64,000 bases of DNA. Origin: Lingula anatina. Taxonomy: Eukaryota; Animalia; Brachiopoda. How positions within the stretch are numbered: position 1 is the first letter of the stretch; each line of letters opens with the position of its first letter. The position numbers and the translations under genes were made by a program. Location: the NCBI GenBank assembly GCA_051362555.1, contig CM120640.1, forward strand, positions 38,418,788-38,482,787, read 5' to 3'. Of this stretch, positions 1 to 13,672 are shown piece by piece. The notes under the pieces are model-generated. The model did no database searches. It was not told the origin of the DNA and worked only from the letters and a program-made list of their open reading frames with translations.

Positions 1-926
1 CCTTTTGCAACGCACGATACTGTGGCCTCGGTATCGAATATTTCTTTTCGCCGGAGGTTTCTGAATCACCAATATGTGAATAAAATATTTCAAACAATAT
101 ACTTCCCCCTACTCTACGTTATATAGTAATTGTATTAGATTCAGTTCGATATCATCTATAGTGTGGAAGATAATCATAAGTATATTTACGTTGTGATACG
201 AGTATTAAGAAAATTCATCGCATAGGGTGCCTTGAAACTGACGACGTAAGGTCGCTTTAGGTCGAAGGGAAACAGGATAATGACCTTAGGCTAATATTAC
301 CGATTGTACAATTTAACATTCGCCAAAAATCAGATAATATACGTGAAAATGTTTGAAAAAAACATATAATTGTGTTGTTATTTGTTGCTTCGTTTTTTTT
401 TTAACAGTATGTGCACCTACAGTGGTTTATGATAAAAATATTCCAGTGGGAAGATAATGTAATAATTCACCTTTGACCTACTGGTATAGTGCCCAGGGAT
501 GGAGGATCATATGGATGTAAAACTAAAAGCATTTCCTGCTTTATAATTATATTAATGATAAGAATGTTAGAAAGTGATATATATTTTTTGACTCAGCCAT
601 TATAGATTCATTTTTTCTTTTCACTATAAACTTATTTTTGTGTGGCCGTTGTCACAATTATTGGAGGGAAGAAACACGTACTGCACGTACTCGATCCTTT
701 GCACTATTCATCACATGTCCCTGTAACAAAGGGCAACAAAGTAAAATCCTAGGTATCAGTATCCCCCCCCCCCCCCCCCTTGAATTCACAACTTACAAGT
801 CTTTGATTATTTCTACATTTCATGTGAGATATTTTATACCTTTATTAAAATATTTCATTTCATTTATCAGAAGTCCATTCTTATTCAAGTACTTACTTTT
901 TCATTATTCATACAACTTTTTTGATG

Positions 927-929
<3 letters not shown>

Positions 930-982
<53 letters not shown>
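930..982. repeat. (TTA)n microsatellite
   Basis: About 17 uninterrupted TTA units; they explain the poly-Leu run in ORF 638..1000. Confidence 0.95.
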
Positions 983-985
<3 letters not shown>

Positions 986-1180
986 CTTGTCTTTTTATAA
1001 GTCTCTGAAAATTTAGATAAAAGAATACAAAAAATGAATATTCTTTATAAAGAAAAAGAAATTCTTTAGTGCATCTTTGGCCATTTTAAGTGATGCGTCA
1101 TGCACATTCAGTTTTTGTCTAGGCTACTTCAGTATTTTATTGAAAAGATGCATATATAATATATGTACAGGTAGGTGTGC

Positions 1181-1211
<31 letters not shown>

Positions 1212-1245
1212 TGATGATGATGATGATGATGATTGTGGTGATGAT
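1181..1245. repeat. Compound (AAT)n(GAT)n microsatellite
   Basis: ataataataa... grades into atgatgatga... Confidence 0.9.
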
Positions 1246-1384
1246 AAAAAACTAAAACATCAAATGCCAAGTTATAAAGAAAATAATAATATGATGATGA
1301 GGATAATTTTTGTAATAATACAAAAAAACTAAAATTTCAAGTGACAAGTTATAAAGATAATGATATAAAGTTATGACATAGATC

Positions 1385-1418
<34 letters not shown>

Positions 1419-2210
1419 GCTTATTTTTCTGGGTAATCAAAAAGAAAAGAAAAATCGGAAACACGTGGATTGACTTTCAACTTACAAGTACCCCTGTAGA
1501 CTTACTGGTACTTACACTTCACCAAATAAAAAATATTGATGCCCTAGGCCTATTTTCGAGAAAAAAAACTGAAAATTGTTTTGGTTTCTCCATGAGGAAC
1601 GACCACGTACCGGTACGTTCTCTAAAAATTCATAGAGATATCGGATATCAAATTATTTATATCTTGCAAAAAATTTGGAAAGCCTCATTTCTTTCTTGCG
1701 TTGTCTGGATGATTTATAAATATAAACAAAAAAGAAAAGAAAGAAATAGAAAAGAAAAAATGCCGATTCAGTGGACGGTAAACTTTTAAATCTGTGACCC
1801 CCCCCCCCCCCCTCAATCCTTGTTTCCGCTTTTGGTTACTCGGTACACTAAGGGATTATGGGAGTGGGGAGAGTTAGTTCCGGTTTGATAATGGTAACAT
1901 GGACTGACCTTATTACGAGTTATCGAGAGACCTAGCTCTTAGTAAACATTTTACGCGTTCTATATGGCTGACTTTTTATAGGGTCAAAATGGGTGTTTAA
2001 TTGTAGGACACTTTTATTTGATGACATAATTAACATTTTCGGCAGAACACAGCAGTCAGCGGACTTCTATGTTTGACGGCGTCGACAAAAAAATTGAACA
2101 GTCTACACAAGATCTTCAGTTTTACTAGACTGGCTAGTTGAATCCGGAAGAGAACTGTCATCTTAAACAAGACTGTTGTAAAAGTGAAACAATATCGGTG
2201 ATCTGAAGCC

Positions 2211-5200
2211 ATGGCACGAGCACAGGTACAAACGCAGCTAGAAGAGGACCTGAGGTAATGTCTAATGTGTCTATGCAGAGTATGCCCCCCCCCCCCCCCC
2301 TCAACCTGAATTTACAACTTACAAGTCTTTGATTATTTCTTAATTCGTTATGTGGTTACTTTGATCATTGTGTCTGCTACCAGAAATATATTAGTTTGGA
2401 AGTGTTCGTAAAGTTTTTCTGTTTTTTTTTTTTTTTCTTATTTCATGCAAGCCCATTGAAAGAGAGTTGCTGTCATTTCAAGGGTAAATCTATTAACATG
2501 AAAAATCAGTAAAAAGCAAAACCAGTTCATCTGAATAGCAGAAACATTGATGAAAGTCACCAATTTTTGAGATTAGAAAAACCTGAAAAAGCTAAGACTT
2601 CATACCAGTACCTCCAAACATAACATGCCCACATATTACCTTTCCATAACAAATCCCAGTATTCCGAAATAGTTTTTTTTTTCATGGATATTGATTTGTA
2701 TTTGGACAAGATGTTTCAACAACTTCTTCACAAATCTTGATGACATTTTCAGGACAGACAATTATATTCAGGAAGGAAAGAAGTGATAACAATCTCAGCT
2801 TGAACTGGGTCTTCTAATATTTTTTAGCATAAGTACAGTAGGCAGTTTGGATGTGTATCAGATGATGGTGGGATGACATGATAATTAATGCATTTTCAAT
2901 TTGTAGTGTTATAACTTTGTTACATTTTTTATTTCATTACATTACGTATAATCTACATGTTTGTTATCATAGGTCTGTGCTCTCTGAGAGATCTATAGTT
3001 TTTGTAAGTTTAATTTTAAGAAACCTCTTTGTTTTAGACGCACCTGTTGGGTTTGTTTTGCCACTGATGAAGATGACCGCAGTGCCCTCTGGGTCAAGCC
3101 TTGCAAGTGTAAAGGAACATCAAAATGGGTTCATCAGGCCTGTTTGCAGAGATGGATCGATGAAAAACAAAGAGGAAACAGCACAGCCAAAGTATCATGC
3201 CCACAATGCAATACAGAATATATAATAATTTTTCCAAAATTAGGCAAGTTTTCCTTTTTTAAATATATAGAATTTAAAGGTTAAGAGGACCATGCATGGT
3301 ATTTTTGTTCCTTAAAGCTTCTTATTTTCTTGTAGAAAGTGTGTATAGACATGTTAATATTCAAGGTACATGTTACATAGCTGAAATATTTCTAAGTTCA
3401 GATCCTGATAGATTGCTGATTGTCAACTACAAAGTGGGATACTGTTAGGATACTAGGAAAATTTGTAATTGTTTGTTATATTTGTATCATGTTGCACCTT
3501 AAACCTTATGGTTTCTTTGAAGTAATCAAATGTTGTTTTTTTTAATGTTTGAGTTTTTTTTACTGAGTTGTTATTATGAAACCCAAAGTCAATTACAACA
3601 TACCTTTTGGATTTTTAAATCAAATATTTTAATTATAGAAAAGAAAAAAGTAAGTTAGCATAATATGGCATTTTTTCTTTTCTTTTCTATAGGTTCAGTT
3701 GTTTACCTCATGGATGTAGCTGATCGAATAATCTACAAAACATGCCCATTTCTTGCTGGAGGGATATTTGTTGGATCAGTATACTGGACAGCTGTAACAT
3801 ATGGAGCTTTGACTGTGATGCAGGTTGCTATGTAACCTTAACAATAGATATGTTAATTTCAGCAATACAGCAAAAAAAATTGTTGTGTACTGCTTAATGC
3901 TAATAACTATTATAGCATAATTACCATGATTGTTTTTGATTGTAAAATTTTCATGTTTTATAAAAAAATATCTCTATACACTTTTAATAGTTTTGAACCA
4001 AGGGATATTCATTTAGCACATTGAAAAAAGGGTGTAATCCATTTAATTATTTAGGTATTTGGACATACAGAGGGTCAGTCCAAAATGGAACAAGCAGACC
4101 CACTGTTTCTGCTCCTGATCCTCCCTGCCATACCAGTTATGTTGATCCTATCCAAAATGGTGCGATGGGAAGATTATTTCTTAAAAATATGGAGGAAACA
4201 TTCTTCAAAAGTGCCTTTCCTCAATCTCTTATTCCCAGGATGTAAGTCATTTGTGATCATCTCTACATTATGTGTGATATTTCATTGTCACCTCTTTTTA
4301 CACCAACTTTCCTTGCCTACATATTAAAAAATTTGCAATATTTTCTTTTCTGGTGATTGGATATACACAGTATTTTTGAAACCAATACCCAATACTTTGA
4401 CATCAGTAATCAACTTGAGTTTAGAAAAATATTATACCAATATGTTATTTCTTGATTTACTAACACCACTAATGCATCCAGTTTTTATATGTTTACAATG
4501 TAGCCCAGAATCGACTCCAGCGTGTTCCAGCTCAGCCGAGCCCTCTCTCAGATCCAGTCTCTGCCACCCGAGTTTTGTGTGGAGCTCTGGTGCTTCCCAC
4601 TGTGGCTACAATGGCCGGGAAACTTATGTTTGGTAATATCAGGTCCAATTTTCAGAGAACTCTTATGGTAAGTGTTTGTTCAAAGCTATTGTTTTGCATA
4701 CACGCATATATTTGCAAGCAACCAAAGCAAGAATGGCATTTGGTATTTAATAATAATGATAATAATAATACACTTCTTTAAAACCGCGCTACACATGCGT
4801 CTCAGCGCTGTTTACATAAAAAATATAACTCCACAGATAAATTAAAGCCAGTATAGACTAAAAACAGAATACTTAAAAATTTTAAAAACTAAAAAGATGC
4901 TGTAAATTAAAGTATTCTTTAAATAAAAAAGTTTTTAAATTCTTCTTAAAACAGTAATATGAGTCATCCAGAGACACATTAGATCTTGTGATAAAATTAG
5001 ACCATAAAATCGGTGCACAAATCTCGAAACTTCTGTGTCCATATGTCTTAAGAGTCTTTTTTGTGTCTTTTCGCTTAAGTTGAAGTTGTCCACTAGATCG
5101 AAGTGATCTGATAGGAGTTAAAAGTTCTATGGTAGAGTTTAAGTAAAATGGACAGTCGCCCTTTAAAATCTTAAAAGTCAAAAATAACATTTTAAAAACT

Positions 5201-6211
5201 ATTTGTTGAGACACGGGTAGCCAGTGGAGGTTTCGCAGAATTGGTGTGATGTGGTCGGACTTCTGAGCTTTACAGAGGAGACGAGCAGCAGAGTTCTGAA
5301 TTGATTGTAGCTTTTCCATTTGATAGTTAGGTATTCCAAACAATAAGCTATTGCAATAATCCAGTCTAGAGGTTACAAATGCATGGCTGAGTAATTCAGT
5401 TTGCTTGGTGTTAATAAGGTGAAAGATCTTGGATAGCCGTTGGAGACTAAAATATGCTGTTTTACATACTTTGTTAATGTGTGATGTCATTTCACATTTG
5501 TTATTAAAAATAACACCCAAGTTCCTTACTTCTGTTGTTGGTTTTATAAAAAATCCCCAACTCTAATACTATCAAGTGCAGTATTGTCTTTGGAAAACTT
5601 AAAGTTGAAATGGACTAATTCAGTTTTTTCATCATTAAAAACTAAGTAGTTGGACTTGAGCCAAGATCTAAGTTCATTCACACAAGCCTCAATAGTTGCT
5701 TTTTCATCACAAGGATTTTCACATATAACATATATCTGGGAATCATCTGCATACACATCAAATTGAAACCAAACTGAGCAACTATATCCTCAATTGGTGA
5801 GGTGTAGAGTGTAAACAATATATTTATAATAATAGAGACACAACCATGTGTTTTATTGTAAGAGAGCATGTAAAACATACTTATTTGAAATAGTTTGAAT
5901 ATGACAATTGTTAAGCACAAAATATATTATAAGTATGATAGTGTAATTGTATATGTTGGTAGAAAAAGGAAGGTCTTTATATATTATTTAAAGTGACAGC
6001 ATTAGAAACATTATTTTTCATTTTCAGTTCGTAAGTGATTTGGTATGTTTAAACCTCTTAAAGAAATGATTTTCACCATGTTTTTAATCAATTTCAGGGA
6101 GGAGTAGCATTCATTTTAATCAAAGGGGTATTGAAGATATACTACAAACAGCAACAGTATTACAGACAAGCTCAGAGGCAGGTTTTGGATTATCCATCAG
6201 ATTCAGAGTGA
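2211..6211 (+). CDS. MARCHF5: Mitochondrial E3 ubiquitin ligase MARCHF5/MITOL (6 coding exons)
   Basis: Exons 2211-2254, 3038-3243, 3693-3823, 4055-4241, 4504-4667 and 6098-6211 splice in frame. They give MARAQVQTQLEEDLRRTCWVCFATDEDDRSALWVKPCKCKGTSKWVHQACLQRWIDEKQ (RING-CH), then YWTAVTYGALTVMQV, DPLFLLLILPAIPVMLIL, SATRVLCGALVLPT and KIYYKQQQYYRQAQRQVLDYPSDSE*, matching MARCH5 motifs throughout. Confidence 0.95.
4749..5820 (-). mobile_element. 5'-truncated, frameshifted L2/CR1-group LINE (RT C-terminal part and 3' tail) in MARCHF5 intron 5, antisense
   Basis: Three offset ORF pieces: LFTLYTSP, MYADDSQIY (RT catalytic YADD) and LGVIF...HAFVTSRLDYCNSLLFG...LQSIQNSAARL...HITPILRNLHWLPV. The 3' end has a short AGCGC...GCGC hairpin-like motif and a (TAT)n tail. 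Confidence 0.9.
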
Positions 6212-7876
6212 ACTTGACGCGTACACTGAGACTAAGCCATGTAGATTATATTTAAAGAATTGAGTTTTCATTGATGGTAGAAGGGATATGCAGTAAGTGT
6301 ATTGATGTATGATATACCTTAAACATTATTAAATCATTTCACTGAGTACTTCTTCAACATACTGATTGAATTTTTTTTTTAATGAAGAGGTTTATAGTTT
6401 TTTTTTTTTTTTTTCAAAAGAGATACTGTTTAAAGTTTGTTGTTAAAAAGATTAATATTAACATGTACATTTTGTGCTTTGCAAATTAGTAAGGATTTTA
6501 ATTAACATACCACCACACTAATATGGATATTTGGCACAGTTACTAAGTGACAAGTATTGCCAGTTTTAAAACTTTCTGCCAAAAAGAGAAATTACTGTTT
6601 ATCACATGATAGTTTCTCATTTTCTGCACATGGTTTGTTATCTGATGTTATTTCAAACACTATTTAGTTGATGTGTTTCATCTCAGATTTATTTAAAAAG
6701 GAAGTTTGGCAGGTAAAAGGTCAAATTAAGTAGTATTGGTTAGGATTTTAAAAAAAGATATGCATTTTTGTTGCATAAATTAATTTAGAAGTGCATATGT
6801 ATTCCGTAAGTCTTTTTATGAAACATTTTATGATTCACGCATTTAACACTGGAATCACTTCTTACTATGATCTGTATTAAACAGAAATATATTGGTGACA
6901 GATAATATTATGGCTACTGCACTGGGCCTGTTTTTGGCCCATTTCATGAATTCATACTATATTTTAAAGAATGCAGGATATAACTTGAGTGGTATGCTTC
7001 CTTTTATTCATAACCAAGTATGCAAATTAATGCAGAACAGTTACTTGGCACAGACATACATGGATACTGTGTTTTAAGTATTGGGCGTCAAGCAAGTGAT
7101 GATTTTGGGAATGATAAAAAAGCAAGAAAGTACCAGTAAAATGGTTAAGGAAGTGTCTCATAGTGAGCTACCTAACAATTTATTTGTAAGCATTTCATTC
7201 GAAGTCAAGGATTGTTGATAAATGTAATCTGTGAATAAATGCCCTCTAACTGTTAATGGCTCTTTTTGTATTTTGTATAAGCTTTAAGAAGAGGTACAAA
7301 TGAGGTGCATTTTGGGAGGACATGAAGTTAGGATTGCAAGAAAAGCAAAACTTCAACTATCTACATTTCAAAACCATGTCTTCAGAGCTTAATGTCTCAT
7401 TTATTTCTATCACTTAACATTTGCTGGGACATTGGAGAGACTAATGTAAATTCTACATCACACCATGTATAATCTGATCATGATTATGGTTTACAATTTA
7501 TAAAGTAAAATGCAGTGATTAGGTTAAGCAACCTACCGTAGCTTATCATTTGACCCAAGGTAGCTTGGAGATTTTAAAGACTGATTTGGAAAACATTTTA
7601 GTAGAATGTGATTTGGTAATCATTGTCAGACTTGCAAAATTAAGAGATTTCTAGAACAATGATACCTTGTTAAGAATGTTCCTCAGTCTGCGGAAAAATA
7701 TTGATGTAAAAAATCAGTGGGATCAACTGTGTAAACTTACAAACAAAAACTGAACATCTAGGTGTTTATCATTTATTGGATGTCATCATGACAAACTGCG
7801 TGTACTGAATATGTAAATCTCGGGTGAAATCAAGAATAAAAACACTAATATGTTTAAGAAATTGTAAAGAAATGAA

Positions 7877-9595
7877 AACAAGGCAGCAAAGCTGTCAAAT
7901 GTACAGACAAAAAGCAGGAAATAACTATGCACAAAACAGGCTACTGTCAATTCTGATGCAAAAGTACATTATGTTAAACTGCAAATTCAACATCAAATTT
8001 TAATTATGCTCAACAGGTAATACCAATGTAAGTAAAATGTGTAACAAGCATAAGGCTTCAGGCCCATGGCAGTTCAAGTTCACACTTTGAAAATGTATAA
8101 CTTCCAGAAAAAGAAGCCAATTAGACTGCTTTTCCAACTCAGGCTGCATTTTAGTCCTGTATTTCTTTTTTGAACGTTTGGCCATCAATTTTTAATAATA
8201 AAATATACGTATCATGGATTTTCAGAAAATGTGACTAGCATGGGTCTTCAAGCCCATGGAACTTCAAAGTCACACCTTGAAAATGCCAATATGTGAAAAA
8301 TTAAATTTTCACAAAAAAACTGTTTAACTAGCAGAAAGAATTACCAAACAGACTGCATTGCCTACTGAAGCTGTATTTTAGTCCCATGTTTCTTTCCTGT
8401 AAGTCTGAGAACAGTAAGTGACATGATTTTTCTTAAATGGTCATCATGGGAGCAGTGCCCAAAATATTTTTTTTCCAAATTTTGATGCAATATTACATAA
8501 CGTTTAACAGCATAATGACCATCAATTTTTAATAATAAAATATTAGTATTATGGATATTCAGAAAATGTGACTAGCAAAGGCCTTCAGGCCCATGGAACT
8601 TCAAAGTCACAACTTGAAAATGCCAAAATGTAAACAAGACAGCACTGTTCTGAAATGTTTTTTTTTTTTTTTTTTTTCATTTTTAACACTTTTTTAACAT
8701 AAAACGAAATTAACAGTTTACTGCCATTTTTATATGATCAACTAAGAAAATTGATTAGATGGGAAAAATATCAATAGAACAGTGTCAAATGTCCAATTTC
8801 CTCCATTCTGAGTTTCTGAACATAGTGAATGATTGAATCTTACAAACTGCAATGATATGAGTTTATTTCCATTTTTGACACCTTATTACACAATACACGA
8901 TTACAGGTTTACCATCATTTTTACAAAATCAACTAACAATGTTGTAAAGATGCAGGAAATGTCAAACAAACACTTTTACGTATCTTATTAATTAAATAAA
9001 GAGACTGTTAACATGCCTAAGAATTGAATCTGAGGAAATGTGAAAAAACAGCATAACTTATAAAATAATGGTCCGATTATGCTGATTTTCGAACTTGACC
9101 TGCATTTTAGTAAGATTGATTACCCCTGTGAGTTTCATGACAACAGGCCTATGGGTTTTCCTTGAAATGTGTTAACAGTTTTGCATATATGCTGAAAAGT
9201 GAAAAAACAGCATAACTTATAAAATAATGGTCCGATCATGCCGATTTTCGAACTTGACCTGTGTTTTAGTAAGATTGATTACTCCTGTGAGTTTCATGAC
9301 AACAGGCCTATCAGTTTTCCTTGAAATGTGTTAACAGTGTTGCATATATGCTGAAAAGTGAAAAAACAGCATAAATTCTACAATAATGGCCCGATCATGC
9401 TGATTTTCGAACTTGACCTGCGTTTTATGAATATTCATCAGCTCTGTAAATATAAAGCCAAAAAGTAAAACTGTCTTCCACTTATGGTGTTAACGCTGAA
9501 AGTGCACGGCGACATGATCGGCGACGGCGACGGCGACGGCGACGACAGACGCAGGTGATGGCAATATGTACAGACACATCTGTGTCTGTACATAA
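7877..9595 (-). mobile_element. Non-autonomous Helentron/DINE-1-like element (HINE), family A
   Basis: One end is AACAAG + small stem-loop (CAGC-aaa-GCTG) + subterminal TGTACAGACA. The other end is the hairpin TGTACAGACACA-tc-TGTGTCTGTACA (9567-9592), preceded by a (GGCGAC)n microsatellite. About 2.4 internal copies of a 159-bp unit (9062, 9221, 9380). No TSD; A/T-rich flanks. Homologous to 44051-49720. Confidence 0.75.
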
Positions 9596-10893
9596 AAATT
9601 AACATTTACAGATGCAAAAATGTACAATTCATGATACCAACACAACAGTTGTCAACTCCATGAATTGATTGGTTTAATGGTACCAAAATGATTCCATAAC
9701 TATCTGAACACAGGATGACTTATAAAAGTTGCATATGAAGTGAGCATGGGTTCCCTATCAATTATATAAACCACTTCTACTCGTTTCTTATAATTCTCAA
9801 ATATAGTTGACATATCAAGGGATAAACCAAATTAAACCTGTGATCAGCCAAAAAATACCTTCAAAACTGCACCTTTTTCAAATTTCTGGTTCCAAACTTG
9901 GCTTATTTATCCATCCATCCCTCCAGTTTGTAAAAGTCTGCCAACTGACATAGTAATGCATGGCGCATTACTGGTGCAGGCAACGACATCAATATTCAGA
10001 CAAGACTTGATAAAAACAACCAAGGGTTATGTAAACAGTACAGAAAAAAGGCAAAAAATATCTGTTGAAATGTCATTCTTTCTAAATATGAGACAATACC
10101 CTTTGGTATTTCATTCAGTTATGCTATGTGAAATTATGATGGTGTTTGGTCAGGCTAAGTGGCAAAGCTTTCACTTCATATGTAACTTTAAGCAACACTG
10201 AAAATCTATAATATCATTTTAATATGGTATAGTAATTAATAAATGCACATATATTACCAACATGAAGGAGATTGGACTCAAAAATTCTTATTTTCTAAAG
10301 CAAATGACTTCACCAAAGTATTGCATAAGAACTTGTGATGATTGCCAACAACTTACAATGTACTAAGTTGGTTTACTGTGAAATTATTATTAACAATAAT
10401 AATAATAATAATCTTTTCATGTGAATTTTAAATAAATATCACCCCATTAAAATATAAAGTAAATGTGCACAAAATATTTCATCTGCCTTTAGAAATGAGA
10501 GGTAAAATTGTGTGATGGCTTATGAATAAGATGCAGTGATGCTGTCCATTTTCATAATCATTATGATCGTTAATGTGCTGATATGGTGTCAAAACCTGAG
10601 GATCAACAAATGAAACAGATCCTAAAACGTTAATATGTAATCAGATCTATTACACTGACAGCCAAGTGAGTAAGATTTACTACTACACTCTGAAAAACTT
10701 ATTTTTACAGTTAATTAAATACACGAAAAATACCATCACTGGCAAAACTAGAATTTAAGAATGAATATCTGAATAGATATTTTACATAAAAGTATCTTGT
10801 GATATACTGTTACCCTCTTGGGCTCTTTCAGCTTTCGATTAAAATGATTTTCCCTAAAATGAGGTGCAGCAATAGTGCAACAAACACAACAAC

Positions 10894-13654
10894 AACTAGA
10901 GGATCAGAGAGGCGATACCGCCTCCGAATATTGTACCACCAGCTGAAGCAAGCGCATTCGTATAGACCCCCACATACACAAAATAAGGGACACAGCCACC
11001 AGTTTTGTGCTTGACAAGCTGTAAAAATGCAATCAACAAGAATTTTTAAACTTTTGCAAAAAATATATATGGTACAATCAAATTTAAGTTCTTCGTAAGA
11101 TAGGTCAAGGGTCAATTTCAAGGTCATAGTAAATTGCCAGTATATGACTTCCTATTCAAGTTCAATAGTAACTACGGACCTATCTCTGCCAGTTTTGGAG
11201 ATAAAAGGGAAGCAAAATTTGCAAAGTTCAGTTCAAGGTGAAAAGTAGGTCAAAGGTCAATTTTAAGGTCACATATAGATTGCCAGTATATGACTTCCTA
11301 TTCAAGTTCAATAGTAACTACGGACCTATCTCTGCCAGTTTTGGAGATAAAAGGAAAGCAAAATTTGCAAAGTTCAATTCATGGTGAAAAGTAGGTCAAA
11401 GGTCAATTTTAAGGTCACATATAGATTGCCAGTATATGACTTCCTATTCAAGTTCAATAGTAACTACGGACCTATCTCTGCCAGTTTTGGAGATAAAAGG
11501 AAAGCAAAATTTGCAAAGTTCAATTCATGGTGAAAAGGAGGTCAAAGGTCAATTTCAAGGTCACATTTAGATTGCCAGTATATGACTTTCTATTCAAGTT
11601 CAATACTAACTATGGACCTATCTCAGCCAGTTTTGGAGATAAAAGGGAAGCAAAATTTGCAAAGTTCAGTTCATGGTGAAAAGAAGGTCAAAGGTCAATT
11701 TTAAGGTCACATTTAGATTGCCAGTATATGACTTCCTATTCAAGTTCAATAGTAACTACGGACCTATCTCTGCCAGTTTTGGAGATAAAAGGAAAGCAAA
11801 ATTTGCAAAGTTCAATTCATGGTGAAAAGTAGGTCAAAGGTCAATTTTAAGGTCACATATAAATTGCCAGTATATGACTTCCTATTCAAGTTCAATAGTA
11901 ACTACGGACCTATCTCTGCCAGTTTTGGAGATAAAAGGGAAGCAAAATTTGCAAAGTTCAGTTCAAGGTGAAAAGTAGGTCAAAGGTCAATTTTAAGGTC
12001 ACATATAGATTGCCAGTATATGACTTCCTATTCAAGTTCAATAGTAACTACGGACCTATCTCTGCCAGTTTTGGAGATAAAAGGAAAGCAAAATTTGCAA
12101 AGTTCAATTCATGGTGAAAAATAGGTCAAAGGTCAATTTTAAGGTCACATATAGATTGCCAGTATATGACTTCCTATTCAAGTTCAATAGTAACTACGGA
12201 CCTATCTCTGCCAGTTTTGGAGATAAAAGGAAAGCAAAATTTGCAAAGTTCAATTCATGGTGAAAAGGAGGTCAAAGGTCAATTTCAAGGTCACATTTAG
12301 ATTGCCAGTATATGACTTTCTATTCAAGTTCAATACTAACTATGGACCTATCTCAGCCAGTTTTGGAGATAAAAGGGAAGCAAAATTTGCAAAGTTCAGT
12401 TCATGGTGAAAAGTAGGTCAAAGGTCAATTTTAAGATCACATTTAGATTGCCAGTATATGACTTCCTATTCAACTTCAATAGTAACTATGGACCTATCTC
12501 TGCCAGTTTTGGAGATAAAAGGGAAGCAAAATTTGCAAAGTTCAGTTCATGGTGAAAAGTAGGTCAAAGGTCAATTTCAAGGTCACAATAAGATAGCCAG
12601 TATATGACTTCCTATTCAACTTCAATAGTAACTATGGACCTATCTCTGCCAGTTTTGGAGATATAAGGGACTAAATGTTATAATTTTGGAGTTACCATAA
12701 TGTGCCTTAAATTTCGTACAGAAAAAATTAATTAAAATAAAGAAAATGTCATTTTGGTCAAAATTCTTGAAAAAGGAGGTGCTCTGAAGTTTCAGAAGTT
12801 CAAATTTGATGAAATAATGTCATTTTTGAACACAAGTTGTCTGCTTTGCCAAGCCTTATGTTTTATTTTTCCAGAGTTCAAAATTTATTATCCATTACCG
12901 TACTGCACATTTTGCTTTTACCACCAATATGTACTTTTTGATACAGCGTAACTCAAAAACCGTATGGAATAGAAAAAAACGGAGACCACCCTCAGTGTTG
13001 GGCTTTACATGCTCTACAAAATGCAAAAAAGAATGGGTCTCTAGCATTAACGGTTCCCGAATTAGAGACAGTTTTCAGTTTCGGTATCTTATGGCCGCTA
13101 CTCCCGTGAAAATGCACCGATTGACCCCAAATTCATGGAGATGAAAGATGACCTGAAGGGTAACACTTTCCAATAATATTATTGGTTAAGTCTGTGTAGT
13201 GTCTGAAAAACAGGGCAAAAAAAATTTTTTTCGTAAAAAATTTCATTTTTTTGAAAATTTTGGCCCATTTGACCTTGAAGTAAAGGTCAAAGGTCAAATC
13301 CAAGGGTATATTTGAAATCTACACATGTGACTTTTGGAAAGCCGTCTATAGAAATTTTTCCCATAACTCCTTCCGTAGGGTAGATAATTAGCATTTAATT
13401 TTGCCATTTTTAGACAAGGGTGCATTGTAATGAGTGCCACACCCAGACCCCAATACCGACAAAGCCCAAATTTTACGTGGAACGAGTTGAGATTATAGGT
13501 GACCTAAATCCATGAGATGGGTACGGGGGCCCTTACCGTCTAGGAGGAGAAGCGGTAACGGTAGCCGTCCGGCGGAGCCGGCGGAGCCGGCGGAACGATC
13601 CGGACGGGACCGAAACCATGTGTACCGCCAGCGCTAACGCTGGTGGTACAATTA
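10894..13654 (-). mobile_element. HINE/DINE-1-like element, family B, with an expanded internal satellite
   Basis: Starts AACTAG + stem-loop GAGGCG..CGCCTC + subTIR TGTACCACCAGC (10932-10943). The inverted copy GCTGGTGGTACA (13639-13650) lies within the terminal hairpin 13621-13650. (CCGGCGGAG)n microsatellite near 13569; internal 146-bp array. Homologous copies at 23437 and 63751. Confidence 0.8.
11095..12670. repeat. 146-bp tandem repeat array (about 11 units)
   Basis: The anchor ATTGCCAGTATATGACTT recurs at 11133, 11279, 11425, 11571 ... 12301, 12447 and (as ATAGCCAG) 12593, an exact period of 146. Confidence 0.95.
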
Positions 13655-13672
13655 ATACAGTTTTGAATATTT

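Noticed and set aside
470-720. Possible minus-strand exons of a gene divergent from MARCHF5 (acceptors near 535 and 721, donor near 469)
   Set aside because: The translations are not recognisable and no consistent model can be built from this window.
638-1000. 120-aa ORF with poly-Pro and poly-Leu
   Set aside because: An artefact of a C run and the (TTA)n microsatellite.
11095-12670. Regular array resembling a CRISPR
   Set aside because: The units are contiguous 146-bp near-identical repeats with no unique spacers or cas genes, in a eukaryotic context.
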